From positions 24,395,247 to 24,459,246 of the forward strand of contig NC_081385.1 of NCBI RefSeq assembly GCF_030684315.1: a stretch of DNA of 64,000 nucleotides, written 5' to 3'. This document shows positions 13,101 through 24,535 of the stretch, piece by piece. Each line of letters starts with the position of its first letter. The stretch's first letter is position 1. The stretch is from Stegostoma tigrinum. Lineage: Eukaryota. The notes beneath the pieces are model-generated. The model ran no database searches. It worked only from the letters and a program-made list of their open reading frames with translations, and was not told the DNA's origin. The translations under genes were made by a program, and so were the position numbers.

Positions 13101-16100
13101 ATCAACAGGGGAGGGCGGTGTGCATAAAAGATTCGGAATTGCTAAGAGGTGTCAAGAAATGTCTAGAACTGTCAGCAGGCATTTAGAAGTGCCAACCTGT
13201 CAAAAATAATCAATCTGTCACAAAGTCCCAGGAATGTCAACAAGTGTCAAGAAGTGACTAAGAGTTCGACAAGCATTAACCTGTCAAGGAGTGTTAAAAT
13301 ATGTTTTCATTAACATGAGTGCTTTTGTAACTACAGTGCAGTCTTTGACATGGAACTTTAAGTAATAGTGTTATATTTTTCCCTTTGGGCATGGGTACTG
13401 AGGATGCTTAATGAGTTGAGATGATTGTAAAAGAAGGAAAAGTGGTGGGTGGAAGTAAGCATGAACTTGGCATATGGAAAGAGAGGACATCAAATATTGG
13501 TAAAAGGCTTTAGGTCGCAATGGATGGCATGGGTAGGGTATTAGAGTGTGTGGGATGATGGGAGTGGGCATTGGTAGGCGTAAAGGATATTTTACATTTT
13601 AAACACAATTTTTAAATGTTGGCAGCAGTACAGTCCTGAGGCAGGCTTTCTGCACAGTCCAACTCAAGAACTTGCAAACTCTTAAACTCTTCCTGGGTCA
13701 CCCAGCCTAATTCCCAAACCAGCCCCTGTCCCCAAAGCAAAAATCAGAAATGCATGGTAGCTGGTTTAAAGGTTAGATTCAGAGCTGGGGCTTTGCCAGC
13801 TTCTATACGCCCGAACCACACACTTGAGTTTGGCTCAAATGTTAGTAAAAAGATCCACAGAGCTTAACCTGATTTGAAAAGAATACAGAAGGCAGTGAAA
13901 GAACCAAACATGCAAAATAAGCTCAGGAGTAAGAACATTTACAAGCACATGATTATAAAGGACTATTGTCACACTGGCTAGTGAAAACCACATTGTTTTA
14001 CAGCTCGCTATTGATCTCAATATAAAGGTTAACACCTATAACCAAAGACTTACTTTACATTTACCTTTCAATTGTCTCTTCCAGATCAGGCAAAAGTATA
14101 TTGCTACCACAATGATAAATCCAATAACACCAATGAGTGAAGTTAGAATGTAAAGCAGCCAATGATCTGTGAAAGAAATAATAATTAATCTTGAAGTAAT
14201 GATGAATGGGAACAGATGCAAAATGTAAATAGAATGTATAATGTTTGAAATGCTTGGAAATATTTCTGCGAATGTCATATGATAGCAAAATTCAAATTTT
14301 TGCTTGACAAAAATAGTATCATTTTCTTCAGAAATCATTATAATTTTTGTGCCTAACATACACTGCAGTTAATAGATAAAACTACACTACATTTGTTTTC
14401 TACTTTCTTTGCACTACATTACAAAGCACTGCAGAAAAGCAGAAGGGCAGCTTAAATAGATCGATTCACAATGTCTTTTAATTTGTAAGTGATTAAGCAT
14501 CAGAAATAGGCTTATTTACTATAGCTTTAAGTAGTTGAATATTTCAATTTTACAAATTCTGAAACAAATAAAGAAGTTGCTATATATAATTAATCCGTGT
14601 GCCTACTTCCTAAAATAATTCTTCTGTAACAAGCATCAAGAGCTTTACACATGCATTAGTACATCGATCCTTACCTCCATGAGAAGCCACCAACGAAACA
14701 CTACCACTTGTCCAGCCATATCTGTTATTTGCTACACACCAGTAGACTCCTGCATCTTGAGATTGGAAGTGAGTCATCGTTAATTTTGAACTGCTTGATC
14801 CAGTTGAAGTGTAGTTTGTCAAATTCTTCAACCATGTTACCATGGCAACTGGGTTACTATCCACAGAGCATCTCAGTTCCACAAATGAATTTTGGGGGAC
14901 AGTGATACTTCTATTGGTCCCGAGATGGTACCTGTCATTGTTTTTCAACTTGTATGTTATTGTTGGATCTAGTGGCCCATCTGCAAGTAAAGAAAATGCA
15001 AACAATTTTTTGTATAAACAATAACTCTCACACACAGATGCAAACTGGCCAATGTACATAACATCTATGCATTACATCTATGTAACACATAACAGAAAAA
15101 TGTTTCAAACTGCTTCACAGAAAAGTCCAGCTAGTGTTAAGGAATAAAGTATAAGGAACAGTAGCTACAACCTTGTCCAAAGAAGAAGGCTGTCAGGATT
15201 GTCTTAAAAGAGAGAGAACGGGGGCGTGGGAGAGAGCGAGAGAGAGATGGGGGTAAATATGGAGGGAAGTTCGTATTTTAACATCTAACATGATATACAA
15301 GGTGGATGAGATTCTGATGAGAATTGACAGGGTAGATAGAAAACAGCTGTTCTCCTCAGTTAGAATTTCAGCAACAAGGAGGCACACTTTTAAAGCTGTA
15401 CAAAGGAGTTTAAAGTGGGTTTGAAGAACTTTTGTTTTCACCAGAAGGTGGTGGGAATCTGGAATGCACTGCCGAGGACAGCAGTTGCGATGGATAATCT
15501 TGTAAAGTACTTTGAAAAAGTCCTTGGATGAGCATTTGAAATTTCAAAGATTCCAGGCTACGGATCTAGTGCTGGAAAGTGGGACTAGTTTAGACTAAAT
15601 ATAGATTTTTTTTGTTAGTGTAGACTTGGTGAGCCAGAGGGCCTCTTCTACATTGCATGATTCTATGATTTAGCATATTTTGAATCAATTATGGATTGGA
15701 GAGGTCAACGTTAGAGGATTGTAGGACTGTTGGAGGTTGCAAAGATGGGCTGGAACAAGGCTATGGAGTCAATAGATTGCAAGGATGAAAATTTTAAAAT
15801 CAAGAGATTGGCAGACTATAAACCAATGCAAGTCAGTACACAGTGACAATAAAGAGAGTGGAACTTGGTGTGGTTAGGATACATATAGCGAAGACGGACA
15901 ATATTGCCAGCTTGTCAGTAAGAGGTTCACAAAAAGGAGCATGGCACAGACACTCCCTGGTTGTAAGCAGACACTAATGATGAGACAATAAGAAAAAAAA
16001 ACAAATTTAAAGTAAATATCTTTATCATTACATTTTATGCAATAGGCAAACTGCTAAGGATCATACTCACACATAACATCTAGTTTGATCTTTTTTGTTA

Positions 16101-19100
16101 CTGGCTGTTTGAAAATGACATGATTTATCTGACACATACAGACAGTTCTATGGTCTGTCACTTGAGGGATGATCTGAAATTGGCTGGTGACAACAGTTCT
16201 ACCATTAACAATTCCTTCCAAGGTTGATACAGTGCTGTTTGTCATCATGTTTGTTCCATTACAGATCCAGGTAAAGGAGATGTTCTCAGAGTACAATCCC
16301 TGGACAGAGCAGGTCAGGACAGACTTTTGTCCAGCAACCAAACTACCATTTATAATGGAAATTTCAGACAGCTCTGAGAGAGGAAAGAAAGAAATACAAT
16401 TTGTAATTTTGGTTAAATTGTATTGCACCTGTAGTTAAGTAAGTTTTCAAACTAGATTAAAGGAATCAAAAATCAAAATGTATGTTAGTGAATTACACTA
16501 ATGTCATTTTAGCTTGCTGCTGTGTCAGGATCTTTTGCCGCAACTTTTCGATAGAAATTGTCTAATTAGAATGACTCATATACCACACTCCTATCCTCTA
16601 CTTTACTTATAAGGTAACTGTAATGCAACAGTAAGACAAGTTGATGGTGTATTAATTGCAGCGGAAACTGGTTCTAAATGAGTATGCATTGATCACTATA
16701 TTTTCGGATTTCTTGCTGTGATTAACATACTTTCAAATTTGCTGATGGTATATTTCTGTCACTTTTTGTTACATTACTTCATGTTTGCCTGGGAGCACTT
16801 TATTTTGAGCCCAATTCCCCTGGGGTATATACTGAGTTCTACTCGAGTGACATCAACAACCGGCACACATACAGGAATGTAAAGGCCACTTGGAGAAGTT
16901 AGAGCTGAAGACAACTGAAGATTATTGGAAATCTTCATGAACACAGCTGCAGGCTTCCACTCAATATCATTGGACAGAAGCCATGTGTAATTTGTAATTT
17001 TCCTTTGTATTACATGTTATATGTAAGGCCTTGTCAAGGTCACTTCGTTTTAGAAAATCCTGTCCTTTAGTAGAATTCAACTTTGATTAAATGACTGCAA
17101 ACCAAGTAGCATTCACTTCTTATTCATAAGATTTTTGTTAACCAATACATTTAATATGTTTACTACTTATCAGTAGAATTGTTTGGTATCTTGTATGTTA
17201 CCTCTAGAGAGCATTTATTGACTAGTGTGTAACTGACAGTTAAAATATGGCAAGATCAATTTCAGAAACAAATTGAGCCAAAATGTTAAACATAAGGGCA
17301 TTGTAACCAAAGATTGATAGGCTCAAAGTTTCCCTTGATGGTAAGTATACTCATTTGCTGGCATGTTTTGTTTCATCAAAAGTATTTTAAAACATGCAGT
17401 TTCAGTTAAATGACTGCTACTTGCCTGCAGATAATCAATTAAACTCCTTAACTGCTTTATCAAGAACAATTTCCATGAAGTAATGTAACAAAAAGTGACA
17501 TAAATATACAATTGGCAATTTTGGAAGTATGTTACATCGACTTGGCATTAATCACAGCAAGGAATCTGAGCAATTTCCATGTTGGTAGTTGGGTCGCTGT
17601 TGTGACTGAATACTAGCTTAGGCAGCATCCTGATGCCGATCAAGGGGCCACACTTACATCTCATTTTAAACACCCACTGCCCCTCTCTGCAGTTTGCACT
17701 CCACAATGACAGTCTGTCAACTGGAATTTCTTTCTATTTTTAAATTGTTGCTATGCCTTCAGAAGATGCCTAAGCCACTAATCAGTCTGCAGATCAAAAA
17801 AAGTGTCACGTTATCAGGCATCAATGAAACAGAGGGTCAGGATACAAAGACGTATGTAACATTGGAGTCCTGATTTAAAATTCAGTAATTGGTGTATGAG
17901 TTTGTGTTCTTTTTTGTTCATGTTGCACAATTGAGTCAAATATTGCAGGTTTCTTTTGTTCACGTTGCACAATTGAGTCAAATATTGCAGGTTTCTTTCT
18001 AGCAATTTTCACTGATTTTAATTGGTATTTTTACATTTTTTCCAATTGCATGAATAAAGCATCTTCATCGACGCAAAACCTCCCACGTATCTCACAGAAT
18101 AATGATGGACATATTTGACACTGAGGCACAGAGCTATATGAATAGGTGATTACTAGCTTCAGCAAACAAGATTGTATTAAAAGAGTTGTAATAGAGAAGA
18201 AATGGAGAAATGAGAGATTTAGGGAGGAATTTCCAAAATGTAGATCCTAAGCAATTGAAAACACAGCTGCCAATGTTGAGTCAAAGCAACTCAGGATGAA
18301 TGAGGGAATTGAAAGAATCTATGAGTGTTATTGGGATAAGGAAAACCACAGAGAGAGAGAGGAGTAAGGTCAATGGAGGATTTGAAAAAAAAAGGGATGA
18401 ACATTTAGAATTCTTGGCATTGGTGAATTGGGAAGCATTGTTAGTCAATGAGCGCATGGTTGGTAGATTATTGGAATACAAGATTTTTTTGTGCAACAGA
18501 TGTGGACAATGTAATTAGCAAAATCTTTTTTTCTGGACTGTCAATTAACGACTAACAGAAAAATTACAAATAACACAAATAGTGCATGGCAAGATGTGAA
18601 ACTCAGAAGAGAAATAATAATCCCAAATAAGCTTTGAGATTCCCAAACAATTGTGAATAGAATCAACCAAGCTATACTGCAAATGTATTGTTTCTCTGCA
18701 AACTAGGTTTCTCATCTCATTTGTGACATAACAAGACAGAGTGCTGCATGTTTTTTTTTATTATTATTCACTAGTAAATCATTCTCCTCCATCTGGATCA
18801 GTCTTATACAATACTATTAAGTACTGAAAGCAGGGTATGATTCCTGCGGTGACTCTTGCAGCTTGAAGCATTCATTACATAGAAATTCTCACATTTACTT
18901 TCTGAAATCTCTGTCCGATATTTCCTTACACCTTATCACAACTTTGTCCAATTTAATTGTAGCCTGTTGATATATAATTTGGTTTCGATAAAGGGTTTGA
19001 AACAAAACATTAATCTAGCTCTTCTTACAGAAATCAAAGAACCAGCTACTTATTTCCAAAATTTGCTGGCTGCATAAAAAGTTGCATTATTGATTCCATA

Positions 19101-20664
19101 TATTTGGTCCTATATTGAAATACTGGACCAACTTTAGATGTATTCACTTTTAAATTGAATTGCAAAGCAACAGATAACAAAGTCTTCAAAAGTTACATGA
19201 GCATGTATGTAAGATAAACAGTTACAAAACTTAAATAAATTCCATAAAATTAAAGGAGCTGATGTCTTGTGGTATGAAGTGAAGAGACAATGAAAGTGGT
19301 AGATGTGCAAAATTCATTTCAGTGATGGCCTTTTTCTCACCATTGGTTCCACAGTGACAAGTTATTGTAAATCTGATTCAGGAAATGATATTACAAACAC
19401 ACAATGAATTGCTTCCCGCATTCTTCCAGCTAGCAATAGTTTGTTTGAATAATCTGGTCTGATATTGAATGTGCTTTCTAACAATGAATTATTTCAGAAA
19501 TGGTTTGGTGTTAATGTCACTGAACCTATCATGAATACAGACTCAGTGTTTTCACCCAGTATAATCAAATGTCTTTCTACTTATTACTTAAAATGTAAAT
19601 ACTTTACCGTAAATTTGTATCTTTGTTCCTTGTCCTTTTCTCTCTAATGGAGGGTAGATATTCGGTACTTGCACCACACAGATATATTTATAAGCAGAAT
19701 GTTGAAAAGAAGCATTTTCAATCTTCAGTGGTGTGGCACAAAGCTTGAAACGAACCAGAGTAACATTAGGAACACAGGTCAGCTTCTTCACCTCATATGC
19801 GGTAATATTCCCTGACGGTGGATCCCTCTTCCAATTAGCATGGACCCAGTCAGCATTAGTTCCATCGTAAATCATAAATGTGCAGTTGATTGACACTAAC
19901 TCTCCTCTCAAGGCAGTGACCAAACGTGGCTGAGTCACCTCACCAATGGAAGGGGCACCTGATGGAATAAAGAAATTCATTTTCAGCTGGCTTCAGTTAG
20001 AATTTCTTACTAAATAAATAGGAAACTTTGAAAACTCCGTATAAACAACAGTGAATTTGAAATACTCTTTGTGTTGGATCACATGTCAAAGACATTATTA
20101 AAAATACCTCTCCTGTCCGATTTAATTCTAAGCCATGCAACGGTTTGTTTCCAGGTTTTCTGCTGTATTTTTTGTTCGTGTTTTGAATTTGTTTCTTTTT
20201 ATTAAACCGAATGGATAGGATGTCATCATCAAAATCCATTGGAGATCTTTATTTCCAGTTCTCTGAAAGTGGCTGCTGTCAAGTTGAACGATGGGCAAAG
20301 ACAGACCCACTTTTAATTGAAATCTAAAATAAAATCCTTTAACTATTCTGAATCCTGTCAGCGTTAGTGTTCACAATCTATATACAAAGTATCGTCTGAA
20401 CTGGAATGTAACTTTTACACAGGTGGCTTAACCCAACTACCGTGATGTGGGCCATTGACCTTAATCGAATTGTCCAAATGACATGGTTGTGTCTCACTTG
20501 CTTTCTCTGCAGTTCCATACCTATAGAAAAGCTGAAACACCTTAGATGGGGTAATCGAAAGCCTACAATGCCAGCACCAAATGAATGTGCCAGTGTTCTG
20601 AGCAGAGCATCTTACCTTGAACTGCTGTTTGCAAAATGAAAAGCAGCTTCAGCGGGAGCTGCAT
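4022..20664 (-). CDS. Copy A: type I membrane Ig-superfamily receptor (leader - VJ-type V - C1-like - I/C2 - TM - tyrosine-motif tail), about 445-453 aa
   Basis: Manually spliced exons 20664-20616, 19958-19608, 16373-16071, 14980-14675, 14166-14054, 11608-11547, 10947-(10850 or stop at 10794), and tentatively 4180-4117 and 4037-4022. The first six introns are GT-AG with matching phases (1,1,1,1,0,2) and there are no stops. The 3' end after exon 7 is uncertain. Confidence 0.85.
4590..4743. mobile_element. Short Penelope-type inverted terminal-repeat insertion with hammerhead motif
   Basis: Head-to-head terminal-repeat fragments; CTGAAGA-AGGG..CCC-GAAACGTC at 4651-4678. Confidence 0.7.
5530..6290 (-). 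mobile_element. Decayed LINE (L2/CR1 group) RT fragment
   Basis: Resembles a reverse-strand RT-region sequence; no intact ORF. Confidence 0.45.
7275..9757 (+). mobile_element. CR1 LINE ORF2 3' part, with a nested opposite-strand CR1 at about 7674-8495
   Basis: KSPGPD- and KAFDKVPH-like motifs, RLRGDLIE, 3' tail ctatgactct; nested ORF 8081-8347 (LYRALVRLHLEYCVQFW). Confidence 0.85.
10794..10947 (-). CDS. Copy A exon 7, cytoplasmic with ITIM-type SQYTVL; either splices near 10850 or reads through to TAA at 10794
   Basis: Acceptor tttcctgtctag| (phase 2); SRSQYTVLHTLPVLSIDSVSKSKPTTSKPQKR, then GMSYLPLCFWSPRIYKLL* on read-through. Confidence 0.65.
11547..11608 (-). CDS. Copy A exon 6, cytoplasmic (KCYYMETEHERNIAKQRLIY)
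   Basis: Acceptor tattcaaccag|, donor CA|GTATGC; phase 0 to 2 exactly bridges exon 5 and exon 7. Confidence 0.72.
11645..12075 (+). mobile_element. LINE 3' fragment (L2/CR1 group)
   Basis: YKAQVRSMMGY...KKLDVILDKAALLI, typical of an ORF2 C-terminus. Confidence 0.6.
14054..14166 (-). CDS. Copy A exon 5, transmembrane segment and basic stop-transfer
   Basis: DHWLLYILTSLIGVIGFIIVVAIYFCLIWKRQLKGKCK; acceptor tttcacag|, phase-0 donor AAA|GTAAGT; no charged residue in the TM. Confidence 0.9.
14675..14980 (-). CDS. Copy A exon 4, I/C2-set Ig domain
   Basis: (Y)GPLDPTI...VELRCSVDSNPVAMVTWLK...QSQDAGVYWCVANNRYG; acceptor cttgcag|, donor G|GTAAGG; 306 nt. Confidence 0.93.
15270..15670 (+). mobile_element. 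CR1 3' end
   Basis: ttcaccagaaggtggtgggaatctggaatgcactgcc ... tail atgattctatgatt. Confidence 0.75.
16071..16373 (-). CDS. Copy A exon 3, C1-like (or CD80-type C2) Ig domain
   Basis: VLTCSVQGLYSENISFTW...VVTSQFQI...CMCQINHVIFKQPVTKKIKLDVM; acceptor ctctctcag|, donor T|GTGAGT; 303 nt. Confidence 0.92.
17912..17995. repeat. 42-bp tandem duplication (2 copies) in copy A intron 2
   Basis: ttttgttcaYgttgcacaattgagtcaaatattgcaggtttc x2, one mismatch. Confidence 0.95.
19608..19958 (-). CDS. Copy A exon 2, Ig V-set domain with germline-joined J-like G strand
   Basis: EVTQP...VSINCTF...ANWKR...LKIENASFQHSAYKYICVV...RKGQGTKIQIY; acceptor ttccatcag|, donor G|GTAAAG; 351 nt, phase 1-1. Confidence 0.93.
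20616..20664 (-). CDS. Copy A exon 1, signal peptide MQLPLKLLFILQTAVQ(G)
   Basis: 49-nt ATG exon ending CAAG|GTAAGA (phase 1), hydrophobic core, conserved in copy B. Confidence 0.9.
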
Positions 20665-20960
20665 CTTTCAAAGTTTCCGAACGTTCCGAAAACTGTTTCA
20701 GTTCCAGCCCTGAAGCAGGAGTGTTGTTCTCGGAGCGTTTGAAACATCAGTACAGATGTTCGGCCGGGGGAATTATTTATATTTCAGCCCGAAACCAGCA
20801 GAAACTGCGAAGTGCCATGGGTTTGAGCTGCTGTAAGGAAGGAAGTTACGTGGGAAGCGAAGAGAGTTTGTTTTTCCTTTCTTCCTGGGTTCTGTCAATT
20901 CTGACGCGGTGACGGGCGAGAAGTATTTTGGAGAAAATTAAAACGTGCAAATGCGAGTGG
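20665..20960 (-). promoter_or_regulatory. Proximal promoter/5'UTR of copy A
   Basis: TATAAA on the minus strand at 20776-20781, conserved in copy B at 40221-40226. Locally CpG-rich, with GGAA (ETS-like) and GAAA-repeat (IRF-like) motifs. Confidence 0.6.
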
Positions 20961-21224
20961 GAACAGAATCCTGCTTTTGTCTTTCTGCTGCACAGGAGTT
21001 GGTCCCAGCTCTGAATGTTGCTGGGATTGACTACAACTCCTGTTTTCAGACCCCAGTTAGATCAGTGCGGGTACGTGACAAGATTTAAAACTGGTTTATA
21101 TTGATTCGCATCTCTCTTCATCCCTTTGTTATCGGTATCATTTTCTTACTATACGCCTGTGCAAACTAAACCCCTCACTTGCTTGAACGTCATCAGTTAA
21201 ATCAGAAAATAGTCATAGCTAATG

Positions 21225-22385
21225 ACTAGTTTTCCGGTTAAAGAAAGATTTATAATGCAGTTCCTCAGGGTTGGTATTGGGGGATCCTTGATTTTCCTGA
21301 TATGTATTAATGTTTGGTGTGGAGGGGAGAATATCCCAGTTTGCAGGTAACGGTGCATTTGGAGGAATTATAAACTGAGGAAGAGAGTATGGAATTCCAG
21401 AATTGCGTCGATAAGTTTGTGGAGTGGACGGATAGGAAGGTGACAGATGAGCTTCAGTGCAGAAAAGTGTAAGGTTTGGAACTTTTGTTTGGAAGAACAT
21501 TGCGAGACAATACAAAGTAGAGGGTGCAATTCGAAAGGGAGTGCAGGAGCAGAGGATCTGAGGCGACATGTGCACAGATCGTCGAAGGTAGCTGAGATAC
21601 CAAGACGTAGAGCTGGATGAACACAGCAGGCCTAGCAGCATCAGAGGAGCAGAGAAATGGAAATGGAATGGAAATTCCATTCTGAAGAGTCAGCCATCCA
21701 GCTCCTCTGATGCTGCTTGGCCTGTTGTGTGCGTCCTGCTATATACCTTGTTATCCCAGATTCTCCAGCATCTGCAGTTCCTGCCATCTTTGAAGGTAGC
21801 TGAACAGGTGGAAAGAACAATTCAGTATTCTGGGCTATATTCAAACAGGCATAAAAATACATAAGCAAGGGCTGTGAAGTTGGGCTTGTACAAGGCACTT
21901 TTTCGATGTTAGCTGGAGTATTGTGTATGGTTGTGCACGCCACTATAGGTAACATGCGAATGTGTGAGAGAGACAGTGCAGAAACAATTTGTAAGACTCG
22001 TTCCAGAAATGAGAAATATCAGCAATGAGGATAGATTGAAGATGTTGGGGCCGTTCTCCCTGGAGAGAAACAGGCTGAGAGGAGATCTGATTGAGATTTT
22101 CAAAATCATTAGCAGGCTGCTTAGAGTAGAGACGGCGAAGCTATTTCCGCTCATACACGTTAGGAGTATGAGAGTGCATAGATTTAAAGTGATGTGTACA
22201 GGAAGCAAAGGTGATGTGTGAAAATGTTTTTCCCTACCAATAAGCAGTTGGGGTATAGATTGTACTGCCTGGAACAATTGAGGCATTCAAAACTCGTTTG
22301 GATGTCATTTTTGATGGTAAGGCCGGACATGAATGTGGAGAAAAGGCAGTGAATTGGCATAAAATAATCAAGCTGGTGCAGGCAT
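21225..22385 (+). mobile_element. CR1 fragment containing a short Penelope-type inverted insertion (about 21595-21790)
   Basis: PQGLVLG-like motif and RLRGDLIEIFK; the insertion is flanked by the direct repeat gaaggtagctga. Confidence 0.8.
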
Positions 22386-23669
22386 TGAGTTGACCCTTTA
22401 CTTACACTGTCATGTTAACGTCCATACACATTTGAAACTGTATCACTGGCAAAAATTCAAATTACTGCATCTTAGAAAGTGACTGTGGGCACTTTCCCCA
22501 TTTTGGTAACAAGAGCTCCACCTTGTGCATAACTGCAACATCACACTGTTAAGATTTCTGATCGAGTGATGGGGCTCTTACGTAACATTCTGATTCAGTG
22601 GTGTTGGCATCTATTTCGGTAACTAACGTCTGTATTCCAAAGATTTTATAAATGTAACAGCAAGATGCTAATGACAAGATAATATGTTTAGTTTGTCATG
22701 ATGATTTAAAAACAAACATTGACCATGACAAAGGGATTATATATCCCCAGCTATTCCCCAATAAAATATAATTGAAGCTTTTACGTCAATGGAAAACGCT
22801 GGGTGGCATTTTGGTCTAATGACTTATGTTATGACTTAACAGGGAGGAGAACGTCAATAACTAAGCCCCATTGTTCCCGAACAAATCGCAAGATTGTAAA
22901 CACCCAATTTAAACTGTCAAGATAAACAAATTACACGACTGCCTGCTATTCAGGACTAAAGCAATTCATATCAAGTCTTACCACACTTATTATTTTTTGG
23001 AGGAGTCAGCATTTATTAAAATTCTTCTTTCTTTTGCGCAAGAAAACTTTAAAATTGGTTCCTTCACTTCTGGTCAGGTAAATTCTGTTTCACTTTACGA
23101 GATATAACTGTTTGTTAGAAAGCACTAAAATGAATATTTGTGACTGAATAAGAGGGGATTAAACAACTTCTGTATTGATTCATTAAGTTCCACAGATCTT
23201 GACTATGTCTTTTCCCCATGTATTATTCAGCATAAACTTTTTTATTTGCGTTGTTTCACTCCAAAGTAAATTGTTTAGGTGTTTTGTTCAATAGTTGCTT
23301 GAAATACTGATTGAGCTGAAACATAGGATTAGTGAACATGGTTGATCTGGAGAAAATGCTGGATTAGATTTATTTTATTCCTTCACATTATAATCATAAA
23401 CCTTATGTCACAAATTGCCAAAACATATGCTTTAAATGTCTACATTCAGTGCAAATAAACAGTATTTAATTGAAATCACTGTTTCATTATGAGAGATAAT
23501 AAATTTGTTAAAATATTGAGTCCATTAGAAAATTCTGTTTTTATCTCTCTCTTTTTTAACTGTGTGGAAACCAGCACCAGGTCAGAGTACCAGACTAACA
23601 CCATCAAACTCAATGGTGGAACTGAGCTACATGACAGAGAGAACCAACTAATGTCAAGCTCATGTATTT

Positions 23670-24095
23670 GTGAGCCATCATCATCCGAGGAAAAAGGCTT
23701 TGACTGTCCACCCTATCTAATCCTCTGATCATCTTGTATGTTTCTATTAAGTCACCTCTTAACCTTCTTCTCTCGAATGAAAACAGCCTGAAGTTCCTCA
23801 GCCTTTCCTCACAAGACCTTCCCTCCATACCAGGCAACATCCTAGTAAATCTCCACGGCAGCCTTTCCAATGCTTCTACATCCTTCCTATAATGCGGCGA
23901 CCAGAACTGTACATAATACTCCAAGTGCGACCGCACCAGAGTTTTGTACAGCTGCAACATGACCTCATGGGTCCAAAACTCAATCCCTCTACCTATAAAA
24001 CCTAACACACCGTACGCCTTCTTAACAACCCTATCCACCTGGGTGGCAATTTTCAGGGATCTATGCACATGGACACTGAGATGTCCCTGCTCATC
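23670..24095 (-). mobile_element. CR1 ORF2 C-terminal fragment
   Basis: ORF 23610-24068: LYKTLVRSHLEYYVQFWSPHY...RRLRGDLIETYK. Confidence 0.9.
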
Positions 24096-24254
24096 TTCAA
24101 CTTCTCACTCACATTTGCTATTACAGGTCAGTCTGTGCAGCGCTGTCACCCAGTCCAGTTTTATGAACTGTTCATCTGTAGTTTCTGTTTCGATTTTGTG
24201 CTATAAACGTTCACATTGTCTCAATGAGTAAATATTGTGAATATGTGTGTGAGT

Positions 24255-24535
24255 TATAGAGTCATAGAGACATACAGCTCAGAAACAGACCCTCAGTCTG
24301 ACTCGTCCATGCTGACCAGATATCCCAAATTAATCTAATCCCATTTGCCAGCATTTAGCCCATATCCCTCTCAACCTTTCCTAACTATCTAGATGCCTTT
24401 TAAATTATGTCATTGTACCTGCCTACACCACTTCCTCTGGCAGCTAGTTGTAGACGTACATCAACATCTGCATGAAAAAGTTGCCCATAAGGTCCTTTTA
24501 AATCTTCACTTCTCACCTTAAATCTGCATCCTTTT
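24255..24535 (-). mobile_element. CR1 3' end
   Basis: atagagtcatagag tail and 3'UTR matching 9480-9757. Confidence 0.75.

Noticed and set aside
19350-19401. CACAGTG heptamer and ACAAACACA nonamer-like sequence near the V exon (possible RSS)
   Set aside because: The spacer is 36 nt rather than 12 or 23, it lies about 250 bp into the intron, and the heptamer is not conserved in copy B. The V exon already contains its J-like strand.
19608-19958. Calling the locus a rearranging TCR, Ig or IgNAR gene
   Set aside because: No separate D/J segments or RSS; the third domain is I/C2; the TM is uncharged and the tail is long.
14675-19958. Assigning a gene symbol (NCR3, SIRPA, CD22/Siglec, CADM, PRARP)
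   Set aside because: Each matches only part of the architecture; orthology cannot be established without a search.
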